Below are positions 1 through 9,812 of a DNA stretch of 64,000 nucleotides, in pieces (position 1 is the stretch's first letter; each line of letters begins with the position of its first letter). The notes beneath the pieces were generated by a model. It did no database searches. It was not told the origin of the DNA and worked only from the letters and a program-made list of their open reading frames with translations. Made by a program: the position numbers and the translations under genes. Location of the stretch: contig JBFMAY010000006.1 in assembly GCA_040755455.1 (NCBI GenBank), forward strand, positions 32,001 through 96,000. The letters are read 5' to 3'. Origin of the DNA: Thermodesulfobacteriota bacterium. GTDB lineage: Bacteria > Desulfobacterota > Desulfobulbia > Desulfobulbales > SURF-16.

Positions 1-114
1 AATGGTAGTCTTTTTATAAAATTCCCATAGCCGAAATTAACGTTACTACTGTGCCCTCAATGTTCGACACGATAGGAAGCGATCTTCGTTGCATCCTGTC
101 GTGACCAGAAATTG

Positions 115-1287
115 TTACACCAGTTGCGCCAGCACCTGATTGGCAATTGGCAGCGCTTGGCTTGACAGCCGCAGAAAACCTTTATCAAGCACAACAAGAC
201 CCTGGCCAAGCAAGGTCTGCAGAGTGTCGCCATAATAAGCCAACGGGCTGAGGGCAAAGCGCTCCTCCAGCTCCCGGATGCTGACACCTGCCAGCATCCT
301 GAGCCCCATGATCACTGTCTCCCGGAAGTGCGCCGGCCGGGACAGGCATTCTATTTCGCTGATCGGCTCCTCATTGCTGTTGATGCGGCGGGCATAGTCA
401 AGCGGGTCCGCCACATTGGTCACCTTCATGCCGGAAAGCGAGCCCACCGCCCCGGCGCCCAGGGCCAGCCAGGAACTGTTCTGCCAGTAATTGATATTGT
501 GGCGGCAGACAAAGCCCGGCCTGGCGTAGTTTGCTATCTCATAGCGCTCATAACCCCGGCTTGCCAGCAGCCCGGCAGTGACGATTTCCATGTCCGCCAC
601 CTCATCCTCAGTGGGCAGCCGGACCTTGCCGCCGGCGACCAGGGTGGCCAGCGGGGTCTTTTCCTCCACCATCAATTCATAAAGCGAGAAGTGCTCCGGC
701 GCGAGACCGACAGCCTGTTCAAGGGTCTGCCGCCACTCTGCAGCCGTCTGCCCAGGCAGGCCGTACATCAGATCCAAATTGATATTGGTAAAATCCGCCG
801 CCCTGGCCATGGCAAAGGCCAGCAAGGCGTCCTCCACCGTGTGGCTGCGGCCAAGGCTTTTGAGCCGGGCTGGGGCGAAGGACTGGACGCCGATACTGAG
901 CCGGTTCACCCCTGCCTCACGCAGGGCCTGCAGCTTGGCCAGGGACAGGGTGTTGGGATTGCTCTCCACCGTGATTTCCGGCTCCGGGCAGAAAGAAAAA
1001 GCGGTCAGGCAGTTGTGGATCACTTGGCCGAGCAGGGCAGGGTCACAGATGGTGGGGGTGCCGCCGCCAATATAGAGCGAAAAGAAGGTATGGCCGCGGC
1101 ACCAGGGATGGCCGGCCATGCGGCGGATATGTCTGGTTAAGGCCTGCAGGTAGCCGGCGATTTCCGCGACGCGTCCGGCATGGGAGTTAAAGGCGCAGTA
1201 CGGGCATTTAGTTTTGCAGAAGGGAATATGCAGGTAGATTGCCGCCTGATCACGTCGAGCCGGGGGATTTAGAGCAGGGCAAGACAT
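115..1287 (-). CDS. hemW: Radical SAM heme chaperone HemW (HemN-like)
   Basis: IYLHIPFC and CxxxCxxC (CKTKCPYC), YIGGGTPT, RLSIGVQSF, DLMYGLPGQT, YEIANY, HNINYW motifs; exact start uncertain (overlaps radC end). Confidence 0.9.
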   Translation of the reverse strand: MSCPALNPPARRDQAAIYLHIPFCKTKCPYCAFNSHAGRVAEIAGYLQALTRHIRRMAGHPWCRGHTFFSLYIGGGTPTICDPALLGQVIHNCLTAFSFCPEPEITVESNPNTLSLAKLQALREAGVNRLSIGVQSFAPARLKSLGRSHTVEDALLAFAMARAADFTNINLDLMYGLPGQTAAEWRQTLEQAVGLAPEHFSLYELMVEEKTPLATLVAGGKVRLPTEDEVADMEIVTAGLLASRGYERYEIANYARPGFVCRHNINYWQNSSWLALGAGAVGSLSGMKVTNVADPLDYARRINSNEEPISEIECLSRPAHFRETVIMGLRMLAGVSIRELEERFALSPLAYYGDTLQTLLGQGLVVLDKGFLRLSSQALPIANQVLAQLV

Positions 1288-1994
1288 TCGCTTTTGATTT
1301 CATCCATCATGCCGTGGTCAGCAAAGCTGAAGGGACTGTCGCCTGCCCCGACGATGAGATGGTCAAGGAGCTGCACGTCGATCACCGCACAGGCCAGAAA
1401 CAGGTTTCTGGTGAGCTTGCGGTCGGCGGCGGACGGGGTCAGGCTGCCGGAGGGATGATTATGGGCAATGACCACGGCGGCGGCGTGGTTGGCCAGAATG
1501 GTCTTGATGAATTCCCTGGGGTAGACCGTGTTAACCGACAGGGTGCCCTCAAAGAGGATTTTCGTGTCAATGATGGCGAATGAGGCATCAAGAAAAATGG
1601 CCTGAAACACCTCTTTTTTCAGATCCCGCATGGAGTGGATGAGATAGTCCGCCACATCCCGGGAAGAGCGCAGGTAGTTTTTGCTGCGCAGGCGCTGGTT
1701 GAGATAACGGCGGGCGACGCTCTGGATGAAGTGGATGGCGAAACTGTTCTGGCTGCCGATGCCGGCAACCGTCTGCAGTTCAAAGGGGGTGGCCTCCAGC
1801 ACCGCGGCCAGGCTGCCGAATTTCTGCAGCAGCAGCCGGGCGCTCTCCTTGCAGTCGCGCCGCGGGGTTCCCAGGGTAAGGAGCAGCTCCAGCACCTCGT
1901 CGTCATTTAAGGCGTCAATGCCCCGCCCGGCAAATTTATCGCGCAGCCGCTGGCGATGCCCCTTGCCTTTATCCTGCTCCCTGCTGTTATCCAT
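1269..1994 (-). CDS. radC: RadC family protein (HhH + JAB domain)
   Basis: GHRQRLR N-terminus, VYPRE, AHNHPSG-x-PS-x-D, LLDHLIV motifs. Confidence 0.93.
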   Translation of the reverse strand: MDNSREQDKGKGHRQRLRDKFAGRGIDALNDDEVLELLLTLGTPRRDCKESARLLLQKFGSLAAVLEATPFELQTVAGIGSQNSFAIHFIQSVARRYLNQRLRSKNYLRSSRDVADYLIHSMRDLKKEVFQAIFLDASFAIIDTKILFEGTLSVNTVYPREFIKTILANHAAAVVIAHNHPSGSLTPSAADRKLTRNLFLACAVIDVQLLDHLIVGAGDSPFSFADHGMMDEIKSECLALL

Positions 1995-2063
1995 TAACTG
2001 AAAGTGAAAAGTGAGGCGTGGAGTGAGCGCGGGAGAGGTCGCTCACGGAACTATTTGCGGGGG

Positions 2064-2135
2064 GTAGGAGCGGGCCATGCCCGCGATAATCCTGTTTCCG
2101 CAATGTTAAAGGTCGCGGGCATGGCCCGCTCCTAC
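2064..2135. repeat. GTAG-family REP doublet (REPIN-like inverted pair)
   Basis: GTAGGAGCGGGCCATGCCCGCGA (2064-2086) and its exact reverse complement (2113-2135), 26-nt spacer; each arm is GTAG plus an internal palindrome. Confidence 0.85.
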
Positions 2136-2184
2136 AAAGATGACATACAAAATTGCTTCTCACTTCTCACGCCTTAATTTTCGC

Positions 2185-3618
2185 TTATTTGCTGAGTTCC
2201 TGCATGAAAAGTTCATTGGCCATCTGGGGATTGGCCTTGCCCTTGGTCTTCTGCATGAGCTGGCCGACAAAAAAGCCCATGAGCTTGGTCTTGCCGCCCT
2301 TGAAATCGGCCACCTGCTGGGGGTTTTCCCGCAGAATCCGCTGCACGATGTCAAGCAGGTCGCCCGCATCGCTCATCTGTACAAGGTTCTTTTCCTTGAC
2401 AATGGTCTGGGCGTCCTTGCCGCTGTTCATCATCTCGTCAAAAACGGTCTTGGCGATCTTGCCGCTGATGGTGCCCTTGTCAATCAGGGCAAGCAGGGCG
2501 GCAAGATTCTCCGGAGAAACGGGGAAGGCAAGGATATCAAGGCCGTCTTCCCCTTTGAGTTCGCGCAGCATCTCGGTTTTGATCCAGTTGCTCAGTTTCT
2601 TGGCCTGGGGATAGAGGGCCAGGGCCGCTTCAAAATAATCGGCCAGTTCCCGGGACGAGGTGAGGACCGCAGCGTCCTCGTCGTTAAATTGCAGTTCGTC
2701 GATGAAACGTTGTTTCTTGGCGTCGGGCAGCTCGGGCATGGCTTCTTTCAGCCGGGCGATCCACGCCTCATCAATGACCACCGGCACAAGGTCTGGATCA
2801 GGGAAATAGCGGTAATCGTGGGCCTCTTCCTTGCCGCGCATGGAGTTGGTGACGTTGCGGTCCGCGTCCCACAGCAGGGTCTCCTGCACCACCTGGCCGC
2901 CGTCTAGCAGAATATCACGCTGGCGCCGCACCTCAAACTCCAGGGCCCGCTGCACATTGCGGAAGGAGTTCATGTTCTTTAACTCGGTGCGGGTGCCGAA
3001 CTCTTTTTGTCCCACCGGCCGCAGGGAGATATTGGCGTCACAGCGGAAGCTGCCTTCCTGCATGTTGCCGTCGCAGATATCAAGATAGCGGAGAATGGCA
3101 TGCAGCTTTTTCAGGTAGGCGGCCGCCTCTTCCGGGGAACGGATGTCGGGCTCGCTGACGATCTCGATGAGCGGCACGCCGGTGCGGTTCAGATCCACAT
3201 AGCTCTGCGGCTTGACCGGGTCATGGATGAGTTTGCCGGCATCCTCTTCCATGTGGATGCGGGTCAGGCCGATGCGGCGGGCCTTGCCGTCAACCTCGAT
3301 ATCCACATGGCCATGCCGGGCGATGGGCAAGTCAAACTGGGAAATCTGATAGCCCTTGGGCAGGTCCGGATAGAAGTAGTTTTTCCGGGCGAACTGGTTG
3401 CATCTGACTATTTCGCAGTTGGTGGCAATGGCCATTTTTAGAGCGAATTCAACCACCTGCCGGTTGAGCACCGGCAAAACCCCCGGCATGCCGAGACAGA
3501 CCGGGCAGGTATTGGTATTGGGCGGTTTGCCGAATTCAGTGGTGCAGCCGCAGAAAATTTTCGATCTGGTCTTCAGCTGGGCATGGATTTCAAGCCCGAT
3601 TACAGTTTCAAATTCCAT
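2185..3618 (-). CDS. gatB: Asp-tRNA(Asn)/Glu-tRNA(Gln) amidotransferase subunit B
   Basis: [43 protein letters not shown]-terminal KGKANP; start placed at ATG 3618. Confidence 0.97.
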   Translation of the reverse strand: MEFETVIGLEIHAQLKTRSKIFCGCTTEFGKPPNTNTCPVCLGMPGVLPVLNRQVVEFALKMAIATNCEIVRCNQFARKNYFYPDLPKGYQISQFDLPIARHGHVDIEVDGKARRIGLTRIHMEEDAGKLIHDPVKPQSYVDLNRTGVPLIEIVSEPDIRSPEEAAAYLKKLHAILRYLDICDGNMQEGSFRCDANISLRPVGQKEFGTRTELKNMNSFRNVQRALEFEVRRQRDILLDGGQVVQETLLWDADRNVTNSMRGKEEAHDYRYFPDPDLVPVVIDEAWIARLKEAMPELPDAKKQRFIDELQFNDEDAAVLTSSRELADYFEAALALYPQAKKLSNWIKTEMLRELKGEDGLDILAFPVSPENLAALLALIDKGTISGKIAKTVFDEMMNSGKDAQTIVKEKNLVQMSDAGDLLDIVQRILRENPQQVADFKGGKTKLMGFFVGQLMQKTKGKANPQMANELFMQELSK

Positions 3619-3759
3619 AGTTGTTGTGCAAGGCAGCCCTTCCACAAGGAAGCGGCGCGCCTTCATCCTTCGTTACGGTCCGTGGCCGGACCATGCAGGT
3701 TAATAATCCGGTAAAAACTCGCCGGTCTCTTTTAACAAGCGGCCGGCAACAAGAAAGGG

Positions 3760-4299
3760 TTACTCTGGCTTGCGGATCCATTGGCGGATGCGGGCCAGCT
3801 CTTCCTGCCAGGCGGCCGGACTTGTACGGATGTCAAGGAAGACGCGGAAAAGCTCGTCAATAGTCCGGGTTGCCGTCTCCAGCATGCCGATCCGGTCAAG
3901 CAGGCGGCCTTCGACTGCTTCCGCCGCCTCGCCTTCCTCGGAGGCGGCCATGGTTTTGGGCGGTTTGACACTGCGGAATTCCAGCAGACTGGCCTTCAGG
4001 GTCATATGCCATTCATAGTCGCCCTGGACCAGATGGATGCGGGCCTGCTCCAGTTTTTTGCCCATGCGCAGCCCTGTGCGGGCTTCGTTCAATTCAGCCT
4101 GCAGGCCCTGGCAGATGATCTTTTCAAAGGCCTCGCCCTCACCATACTCCAGCAGCATGTGTTTTTCAAAAACAAGCTGGATGTCGCCGGTGCCGGGCAG
4201 CAGTACCGTGCCGCCCCGCTCTTCGCTCTTATACCAGAGCCAGGTAAGGAACTCCTGGCCGAGAAATCTTTTTTCGACAATTAAATCAACTAAGTCCAT
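3760..4299 (-). CDS. Conserved protein, RdgC-associated / RdgC-like second module
   Basis: FLGQEFLTWLW and EARTGLRMGKK motifs; follows the RdgC-like gene after 11 nt. Confidence 0.6.
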   Translation of the reverse strand: MDLVDLIVEKRFLGQEFLTWLWYKSEERGGTVLLPGTGDIQLVFEKHMLLEYGEGEAFEKIICQGLQAELNEARTGLRMGKKLEQARIHLVQGDYEWHMTLKASLLEFRSVKPPKTMAASEEGEAAEAVEGRLLDRIGMLETATRTIDELFRVFLDIRTSPAAWQEELARIRQWIRKPE

Positions 4300-4310
4300 A
4301 AATGGCCCTT

Positions 4311-4916
4311 TCAGATGAGGATATCAGGGGTAAGCCGGGAAAGGGCATCGTGATATTCCGGTTTGAGAAGATGCTCCGCCGTGAGATAGGGGATCTGCAG
4401 GCGCAGCGTGAGATCAAAGGTCTTCTTGAAGAAGTCTTCCAACTCGGTCTGGGCCTTCTGGCTGGTGGAAAAAAAGAGCAGGGTGCCCTCGGAAAGATTC
4501 CAGCAGAGATCATAGGTGGCCGGCGCCGGCATTGCTTTTTTCAGCAGCATCAGCTTGACGTTTTCCTTGATCTCGATTTTCTGCGCCCGGCTCAGTTTGG
4601 GGATCTGCCTTTCCTTCAGCAGCCGGGCCTCCTCCTTCATGGTGAATTTCTTCAGCACCTTGGGCGCCACCGTGCGTTCATCCACCCGCAGGGAGAGCAC
4701 CAAGTGGTCACCGACGGCAAAGGAGGCATATTCAAAGGAGGAGTCAAACATGCTCAGCACGGAAACCCAGCCGACAGAGCGTTCTTCAAAATTGTCGTCA
4801 ATATCCCGGTACGCATTCTGCGCAATCCGCTCGGCGGCGAAATCCAGGAAATTGGGAGGCAGCTCGCCTTCAACCGCATAGCGGACAAAGGTTGCCGAAG
4901 AGGATAAAAGCCCCAT
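4311..4916 (-). CDS. rdgC: Recombination-associated RdgC-family protein (short form)
   Basis: SVGWV, LRVDERTVAPKVL, KENVKLMLLKKAMP pattern resembles the RdgC N-terminal half; start at ATG 4916. Confidence 0.65.
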   Translation of the reverse strand: MGLLSSSATFVRYAVEGELPPNFLDFAAERIAQNAYRDIDDNFEERSVGWVSVLSMFDSSFEYASFAVGDHLVLSLRVDERTVAPKVLKKFTMKEEARLLKERQIPKLSRAQKIEIKENVKLMLLKKAMPAPATYDLCWNLSEGTLLFFSTSQKAQTELEDFFKKTFDLTLRLQIPYLTAEHLLKPEYHDALSRLTPDILI

Positions 4917-5086
4917 ATGTGAAAACCTTAGAGGTAAAAGTAATCTGACGCAGCGATTTTTGTTTAAAATATTGATGGGCAAGGATAGCAGACCTGCGCC
5001 GCTATCTCAAGGGATTTTCCAGAGGAAAAAAAACAGACGGATTCTCCTTGATATGGACAAAAAAAATAAAATAGATTAAAAGGGTG

Positions 5087-5115
5087 TTGACAAACGAAAT
5101 CGACTGATGTAAAAA
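5087..5115 (+). promoter_or_regulatory. Sigma70-type promoter of the tRNA pair
   Basis: TTGACA (5087-5092), 17 nt, TAAAAA (5110-5115); A-rich upstream tract. Confidence 0.6.
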
Positions 5116-5132
5116 AACCGCTTCTTGTGTAG

Positions 5133-5208
5133 GGGTCGTTAACTCAGTCGGTAGAGTATCTGCCTTTTAAGCAGAGAGTCGCGCGTTCGAGTCGCGCACG
5201 ACCCACCA
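5133..5208 (+). tRNA. tRNA-Lys(UUU)
   Basis: Acceptor GGGTCGT/ACGACCC, anticodon arm TCTGC-CT TTT AA-GCAGA, TTCGA T-loop, encoded CCA. Confidence 0.97.
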
Positions 5209-5214
5209 ATGAAT

Positions 5215-5292
5215 GTCCCTATCGTCTAGTCAGGTCCAGGACACCGGCCTTTCACGCCGGCAACAGGGGTTCAAATCCCCTTGGGGACGCCA
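5215..5292 (+). tRNA. tRNA-Glu(UUC)
   Basis: Acceptor GTCCC/GGGAC, anticodon arm CCGGC-CT TTC AC-GCCGG, GGTTCAAATCC T-arm, encoded CCA. Confidence 0.97.
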
Positions 5293-5301
5293 AGGAAATT
5301 C

Positions 5302-5336
5302 AAGGAGTTAGCTCATTTGGGCTAACTCCTTTTTTT
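5302..5336 (+). terminator. Rho-independent terminator after the tRNAs
   Basis: AAGGAGTTAGC-loop-GCTAACTCCTT followed by a T-run. Confidence 0.85.
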
Positions 5337-5390
5337 GTTTGTGGGCTCCTGTTGAGGGCTCAATGCTTCCGTCTCTTCCCCCTTTTCTTG

Positions 5391-7808
5391 CTACCGGCAT
5401 CGGGGATCAAGAGTTTTTTGGGGGATTCGGGAAGCTGCGGCCGCAGTCAGATAGGCCGCCGCTGCCAGGAGCATGACCGCTTGAAAACCCAGCTCCACGG
5501 CCGTGATCGTTGCCAGGGCAGTGCTGAGCACTGACACGCAGCCGTTTATCCCCCAGGCCCAGCCCACCAGATCCTGGTTCCTGGCGGCCAGGGCGCGGAG
5601 CCCGAGGGGAAAGGGAAAGCCCATGGCCAGGGCGGGCGGGCCGATGAAAAACAGGGAACAAAGCGCCTTCCAGCCAAGACCCAGGCCCATGGTTGTGCGC
5701 ACCAGGGCCGGCATCAGCAAGGCCCACAGGAGCACAAGCAGGGCGGCAGTGAGACTGGCCTTTTGCGAGCCGGCCCAGCCGGCCGGCACCTTCAGCGACA
5801 GAAAGCTGCCCAGGCCGGAGAAGGTGAGGACGGCACCGAGCACGGCAGCGGCAGCATAGATGGGCCGGCCGAAATAGAGCACCAGTTCGTGGATAAAGAC
5901 CATCTCCACAAACATGTAGCCGAACCCCAGACAACTGAAATAGACCAGCATCCGGCCGCGGTCCTGCCCTTGCCAGCCAAGGCGCAGCAAGGGCAGCAGG
6001 ATGAGCAGCACGGCTGCCGCAGCCATCTGCGCCAGGGTCAGGAAGACGATCAGATATCCCATCTCCAAAAAAGGCAGGGCCCGGGCTCCCAAGAGATCCA
6101 GCACCCGTGGCAGGCCGCTAAGGCGGAGAAATTGGGAGAAAAACGGCTGGTTATCCGTGGCGGGCCGGATATTGAAGTCGTGCTGCGCATAGAGGGCGGG
6201 GCGTTTCTGCGCTGCCAACAGGCGATCGAGATCGTCAAAGAAACTCTGATCATCAAGAACATGAAAACGATTTCGTTCCTCCGGACCAAGGCCGGGCAAA
6301 AGCAGGGGATCGAAGCGGAATTGCCGGCAAAAATCCCGCACTCCCTGCTGTTCCGACTCGGTGAGGGCAGAGCGCTTGACCAGGATGGTAACCGTGGCCC
6401 AACCGCGTATCGCGGCCACATGCTGCTCCGCCGCTGCCACCCCGGCCTGTTCGAGCATCTCGACGACGGTGGCCGCCAGCCGGAGCGGGGCCCGAGCCGG
6501 AAAGTCCAGCCAGGCGGAAAAGCGAATAAAGCCATCCGGACCCAGATGGTCCCACAGGTCCCGGAAGCCCTCCTTGGTGAGTAAATATTCCTCCTTCAGG
6601 GCAAAGAGACCAGCGGCCCCGCCAAAGGCGCCGGCCATGGGCACGATGATGAGGTCATAGCTTGACTGGTCAATGGCCAGCCAGGTTCGCGGCTCAAGAC
6701 CGGTGAACGCCACCCCGGAACTTTTCAACAGTGCCCCGGCGCTTGCCGGGTAGGTCGCGTCAAGCAGGGCTACGGCCGCTCGATGCGGCTCCACCAGCCG
6801 CACCGTTTGCGCCCCGTGGGCAAGGGACAGCACAGCATCATCGCTGCTGGCGGCGGAGAGCACCAGGACCCGGTCCGGCCTGGCCAGGGCATAGGGCAGG
6901 GCTCCGGCAGCAGCCGCGAGCATCGGTGCTGCCCGTTCCGGAGGCCACAGGGGCACCGCCGTGAACCAGTCGCCGTTATTGAATAGGACATCGCGTACCG
7001 CAATGGGCCCGGCATAGGTAAGGCTGACATCCGGGGCATGACGCAGGGCCGGCGCGGAAACCGCCTGGACCAGGCCGTAGGGGCTCAAGCGTTGGGCCGT
7101 AACACGGGCATCCGGGAGGTTCAGGGCCCGGCTTAGGTCCTTGTAAGGGGACAAATGCAAGGCCGGGGCCCGGACAAGAAAGACCGCCACCACCATTGCG
7201 GTCAAACCCGCGCCCAGCCACCAGCGAGGATGACGACCAGCGGGCAGGAGCAGGCAGCCGGCGATCAGGGGCAGGATTGCGGCCAGGGCCGGCAGTTGTT
7301 CGGGGCGATAAAACCACATGAGGATTACCGCCGCTCCGCCCCCCAGGCCGGAGCCGATCAGATTGGCGGCGTAAAGGGCATTGATCCGCTCGGGGTGCAG
7401 GGTAAAGGCCAAGCCGATGGGCAGGGCCCCGAGAAAAAAGGGGACAAAGAAGATCAGTTGCAAAAGAAACAAAGACCAGATCCGATGCGGGTCCAAAAAG
7501 AGCTGGCGGATATCGAAATCGCCGGCCAGGGACTGGGCCAGGGGCACGGCGCCTGCCATGGCGGCGGTGCAGGCAAAGAGCAGCAGCGGCAGCAGGGAGG
7601 CGCTCTGTTTCCGGAGCCGGTCGCGAAACAGGGCGATGACGGTGCCGCTGGCCCCAAAGCCGAGCAGGGCCACGGAGATGATGAGAAAGGCAAAATGATA
7701 CCACTGGACGATGGAGAGAATCTGCATCAAGGCCAGTTCCAGGGCGAGCAGGGCCATGGAGAGCAGGCCAACGGCCAGGGCCAGCCGCCCCTCCCCGGCC
7801 TTGGTCAC
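5391..7808 (-). CDS. Polytopic membrane protein with central spermidine-synthase/SAM-methyltransferase-like domain
   Basis: N- and C-terminal TM bundles (LLGFGASG, LYAANLIGSG, MGFPFPLG, WAWGINGCVSV), ATDNQPFF motif; SAM loop degenerate; GTG start overlaps pcm stop. Confidence 0.8.
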   Translation of the reverse strand: MTKAGEGRLALAVGLLSMALLALELALMQILSIVQWYHFAFLIISVALLGFGASGTVIALFRDRLRKQSASLLPLLLFACTAAMAGAVPLAQSLAGDFDIRQLFLDPHRIWSLFLLQLIFFVPFFLGALPIGLAFTLHPERINALYAANLIGSGLGGGAAVILMWFYRPEQLPALAAILPLIAGCLLLPAGRHPRWWLGAGLTAMVVAVFLVRAPALHLSPYKDLSRALNLPDARVTAQRLSPYGLVQAVSAPALRHAPDVSLTYAGPIAVRDVLFNNGDWFTAVPLWPPERAAPMLAAAAGALPYALARPDRVLVLSAASSDDAVLSLAHGAQTVRLVEPHRAAVALLDATYPASAGALLKSSGVAFTGLEPRTWLAIDQSSYDLIIVPMAGAFGGAAGLFALKEEYLLTKEGFRDLWDHLGPDGFIRFSAWLDFPARAPLRLAATVVEMLEQAGVAAAEQHVAAIRGWATVTILVKRSALTESEQQGVRDFCRQFRFDPLLLPGLGPEERNRFHVLDDQSFFDDLDRLLAAQKRPALYAQHDFNIRPATDNQPFFSQFLRLSGLPRVLDLLGARALPFLEMGYLIVFLTLAQMAAAAVLLILLPLLRLGWQGQDRGRMLVYFSCLGFGYMFVEMVFIHELVLYFGRPIYAAAAVLGAVLTFSGLGSFLSLKVPAGWAGSQKASLTAALLVLLWALLMPALVRTTMGLGLGWKALCSLFFIGPPALAMGFPFPLGLRALAARNQDLVGWAWGINGCVSVLSTALATITAVELGFQAVMLLAAAAYLTAAAASRIPQKTLDPRCR

Positions 7809-8590
7809 GGCGCCCTCCTTAACGGCACGAAGCTCACCGGAAACAGACTCCTGGTGATGATTTCGCCGTTGGACTTCTCCACCAGCATCAGGGTCTGGAC
7901 CAGGAACGGGGTTCCCACCGGAATCACCATCCTGCCGCCCTCTTTGAGTTGTTCGAGCAAGGGGGGCGGGACGAATTCGGCCGCCGCCGTGACCATAATA
8001 GCGTCAAAGGGGGCCTTTTCGGGCCAGCCGAAGAAGCCGTCTGCCTGCCTGGCATGCACGTTTTGCGGATAGCGGGTACGCAACCGGTCTGCAGCGCTCT
8101 GCGCCAGCTCCGCAATGATTTCGATGGTATACACCTCAACCCCGAGTTCAGCCAGCACCGCGGCCTGGTAGCCCGATCCGGTGCCGACCTCCAGGACACG
8201 AGCATGGGGTTGCAGGTTCAGCATCTCGGTCATGAATCCGACGATATAGGGCTGGGAAATGGTCTGGCCATAACCGATGGGCAGGGGGGTGTCGTCATAG
8301 GCGTATTTTATCGCCGCCTCCGGCACGAACAGGTGGCGGGGGACCCTGGTCATGGCATCGAGCACGGCCGCAGACCTTACCCCGCGGGCGCGGATCTGCT
8401 CCTCCACCATGTCGGCCCGCCGGCTTTGGTAGAGATCGCTCTCATCAGCGGCCCTCGCTTCTCCATGCCCCATGGCCAGGCAGCAGCGCAATAATCCGAT
8501 CCCGGCCGGCTCTCGACAGAACAACAACACGCCAAGGACCAGCAAGGTTATCATCATCCGGGCAGGCAGAAAACAGCGGTGGGCATGCAT
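7805..8590 (-). CDS. pcm: Protein-L-isoaspartate(D-aspartate) O-methyltransferase with hydrophobic N-terminal extension
   Basis: VPRHLFV, GQTISQPY, VLEVGTGSGYQAAVL, APFDAIMVTAA, GGRMVIPVG; GGAGG RBS before ATG 8590. Confidence 0.93.
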   Translation of the reverse strand: MHAHRCFLPARMMITLLVLGVLLFCREPAGIGLLRCCLAMGHGEARAADESDLYQSRRADMVEEQIRARGVRSAAVLDAMTRVPRHLFVPEAAIKYAYDDTPLPIGYGQTISQPYIVGFMTEMLNLQPHARVLEVGTGSGYQAAVLAELGVEVYTIEIIAELAQSAADRLRTRYPQNVHARQADGFFGWPEKAPFDAIMVTAAAEFVPPPLLEQLKEGGRMVIPVGTPFLVQTLMLVEKSNGEIITRSLFPVSFVPLRRAP

Positions 8591-8633
8591 AGTATTCCTC
8601 CCCCTTTTATGTCCGATGCCATTTGGGTGAGCT

Positions 8634-8649
8634 GGCAAGAATGCGGCCG
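8634..8649 (-). promoter_or_regulatory. Possible sigma54 promoter upstream of pcm
   Basis: Minus strand CGGCCGCATTCTTGCC has GG-N10-GC spacing but a weak -24 element. Confidence 0.3.
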
Positions 8650-8950
8650 GCAATATCTACCTGATATCGCGGTCATCCCCCCCTGTCAAGGGCAGAAAGG
8701 CCTGCAAGGCAGGAAGAGAGGCCAATGTTTTTTACCTGTGGCTCGGCATTTCGGCGGACTCGCCGGCTTAGAGCATTGTTTTCCATCACCATCGATACAC
8801 GTGGCGCATAACAAAAAATTGAACACGAAGAAATTTGCATGTGGTAAGATACTCAAGAGGAAGGCAGCCTGGACTTATACTGCGGCAGAATCCACATCTA
8901 AATCCTTTCTTTCCTCTAACCGATTCAACCTGCCGCAAAAGAGGTATCCC

Positions 8951-9811
8951 ATGCACCGTATCGTCACACATGTCTTTGTGGGGACCATTGCCGCGTTTTT
9001 GCTTTTCCCTTTTCTGCTTCATGCCGCATCGCAGAACGGGAAGCTAACTTTGGGCGTATTCCCCTATCTGTCACCGAACCAAATGGTGGAGCAACTCAGC
9101 CCCTTGGTAAAACGCATGGAAGAGGCCCTTGGCAGCAAGATCACCATGGTTTCCGCCCCTGACTTCATGAGTTATGTGGAGCGCACCGCCAAGGGTGAAT
9201 ACGACCTGGTGCTCACGGCGCCGCACATGGGGCGCCTGGCCCAGAAACGCGACGGCTGGCAGCTCGTGGTCATGTCCGCGCAACAGACCGCCACGGTGAT
9301 TCTGGTGCGCGAGGATTCGGGCATTGAGAGACTTGAGGATCTGCGAGGCAAGAGGATGGCCGTCGGCAATTGGCGGTCCGTGACCTATCTTCTGGCCGAG
9401 GAGGCCCTTGCCCGGAAGGGGCTTGCCCTGGGCAAGGATGTGCAGGTCGTCGAGACCGCCACCTTTTCCAATGTGGTACAGACCGTATTCCTGGGGGAAG
9501 TGGATGCCGGCGCCACCCCGACCCTGCTCTGGGACAACTGGATCCATGTCAATGATGAACAGCATAAACAACTCCGTGAAATCTTCCGCGCGCAGAAACC
9601 AGCCCCTCCTTCCTTTCTGGTAATGGTCCCCCCACAAACCGATCAGGCAGTCATCCTCCGGCTGCGGGAATCGCTGCTGGGCTTCAATGACACGCCGGAA
9701 GGCAGGGAGTTTATGCAGAAAAGTCAATACGAGTCGTTCCTGCCCCCTGACCAGGCTGCCATGGAGCGCCTCGACCCATACGTTCATGTCCTGGTTGAAC
9801 CGCAGCAATAA
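8951..9811 (+). CDS. PhnD/phosphonate-type periplasmic substrate-binding protein (orphan)
   Basis: Signal peptide, LTLGVFPY, LEDLRGKRMA, GEVDAG; no adjacent permease or ATPase. Confidence 0.8.
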   Translation: MHRIVTHVFVGTIAAFLLFPFLLHAASQNGKLTLGVFPYLSPNQMVEQLSPLVKRMEEALGSKITMVSAPDFMSYVERTAKGEYDLVLTAPHMGRLAQKRDGWQLVVMSAQQTATVILVREDSGIERLEDLRGKRMAVGNWRSVTYLLAEEALARKGLALGKDVQVVETATFSNVVQTVFLGEVDAGATPTLLWDNWIHVNDEQHKQLREIFRAQKPAPPSFLVMVPPQTDQAVILRLRESLLGFNDTPEGREFMQKSQYESFLPPDQAAMERLDPYVHVLVEPQQ

Positions 9812-9812
9812 A

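Noticed and set aside
1269..1994. radC as a mobile-element marker
   Set aside because: It is the full-length chromosomal form in a housekeeping context (gatB, hemW).
8951..9811. Phosphonate or polyamine ABC uptake systems (also 34519 and 39057)
   Set aside because: No permease or ATPase genes are adjacent; each gene abuts a signalling protein instead.
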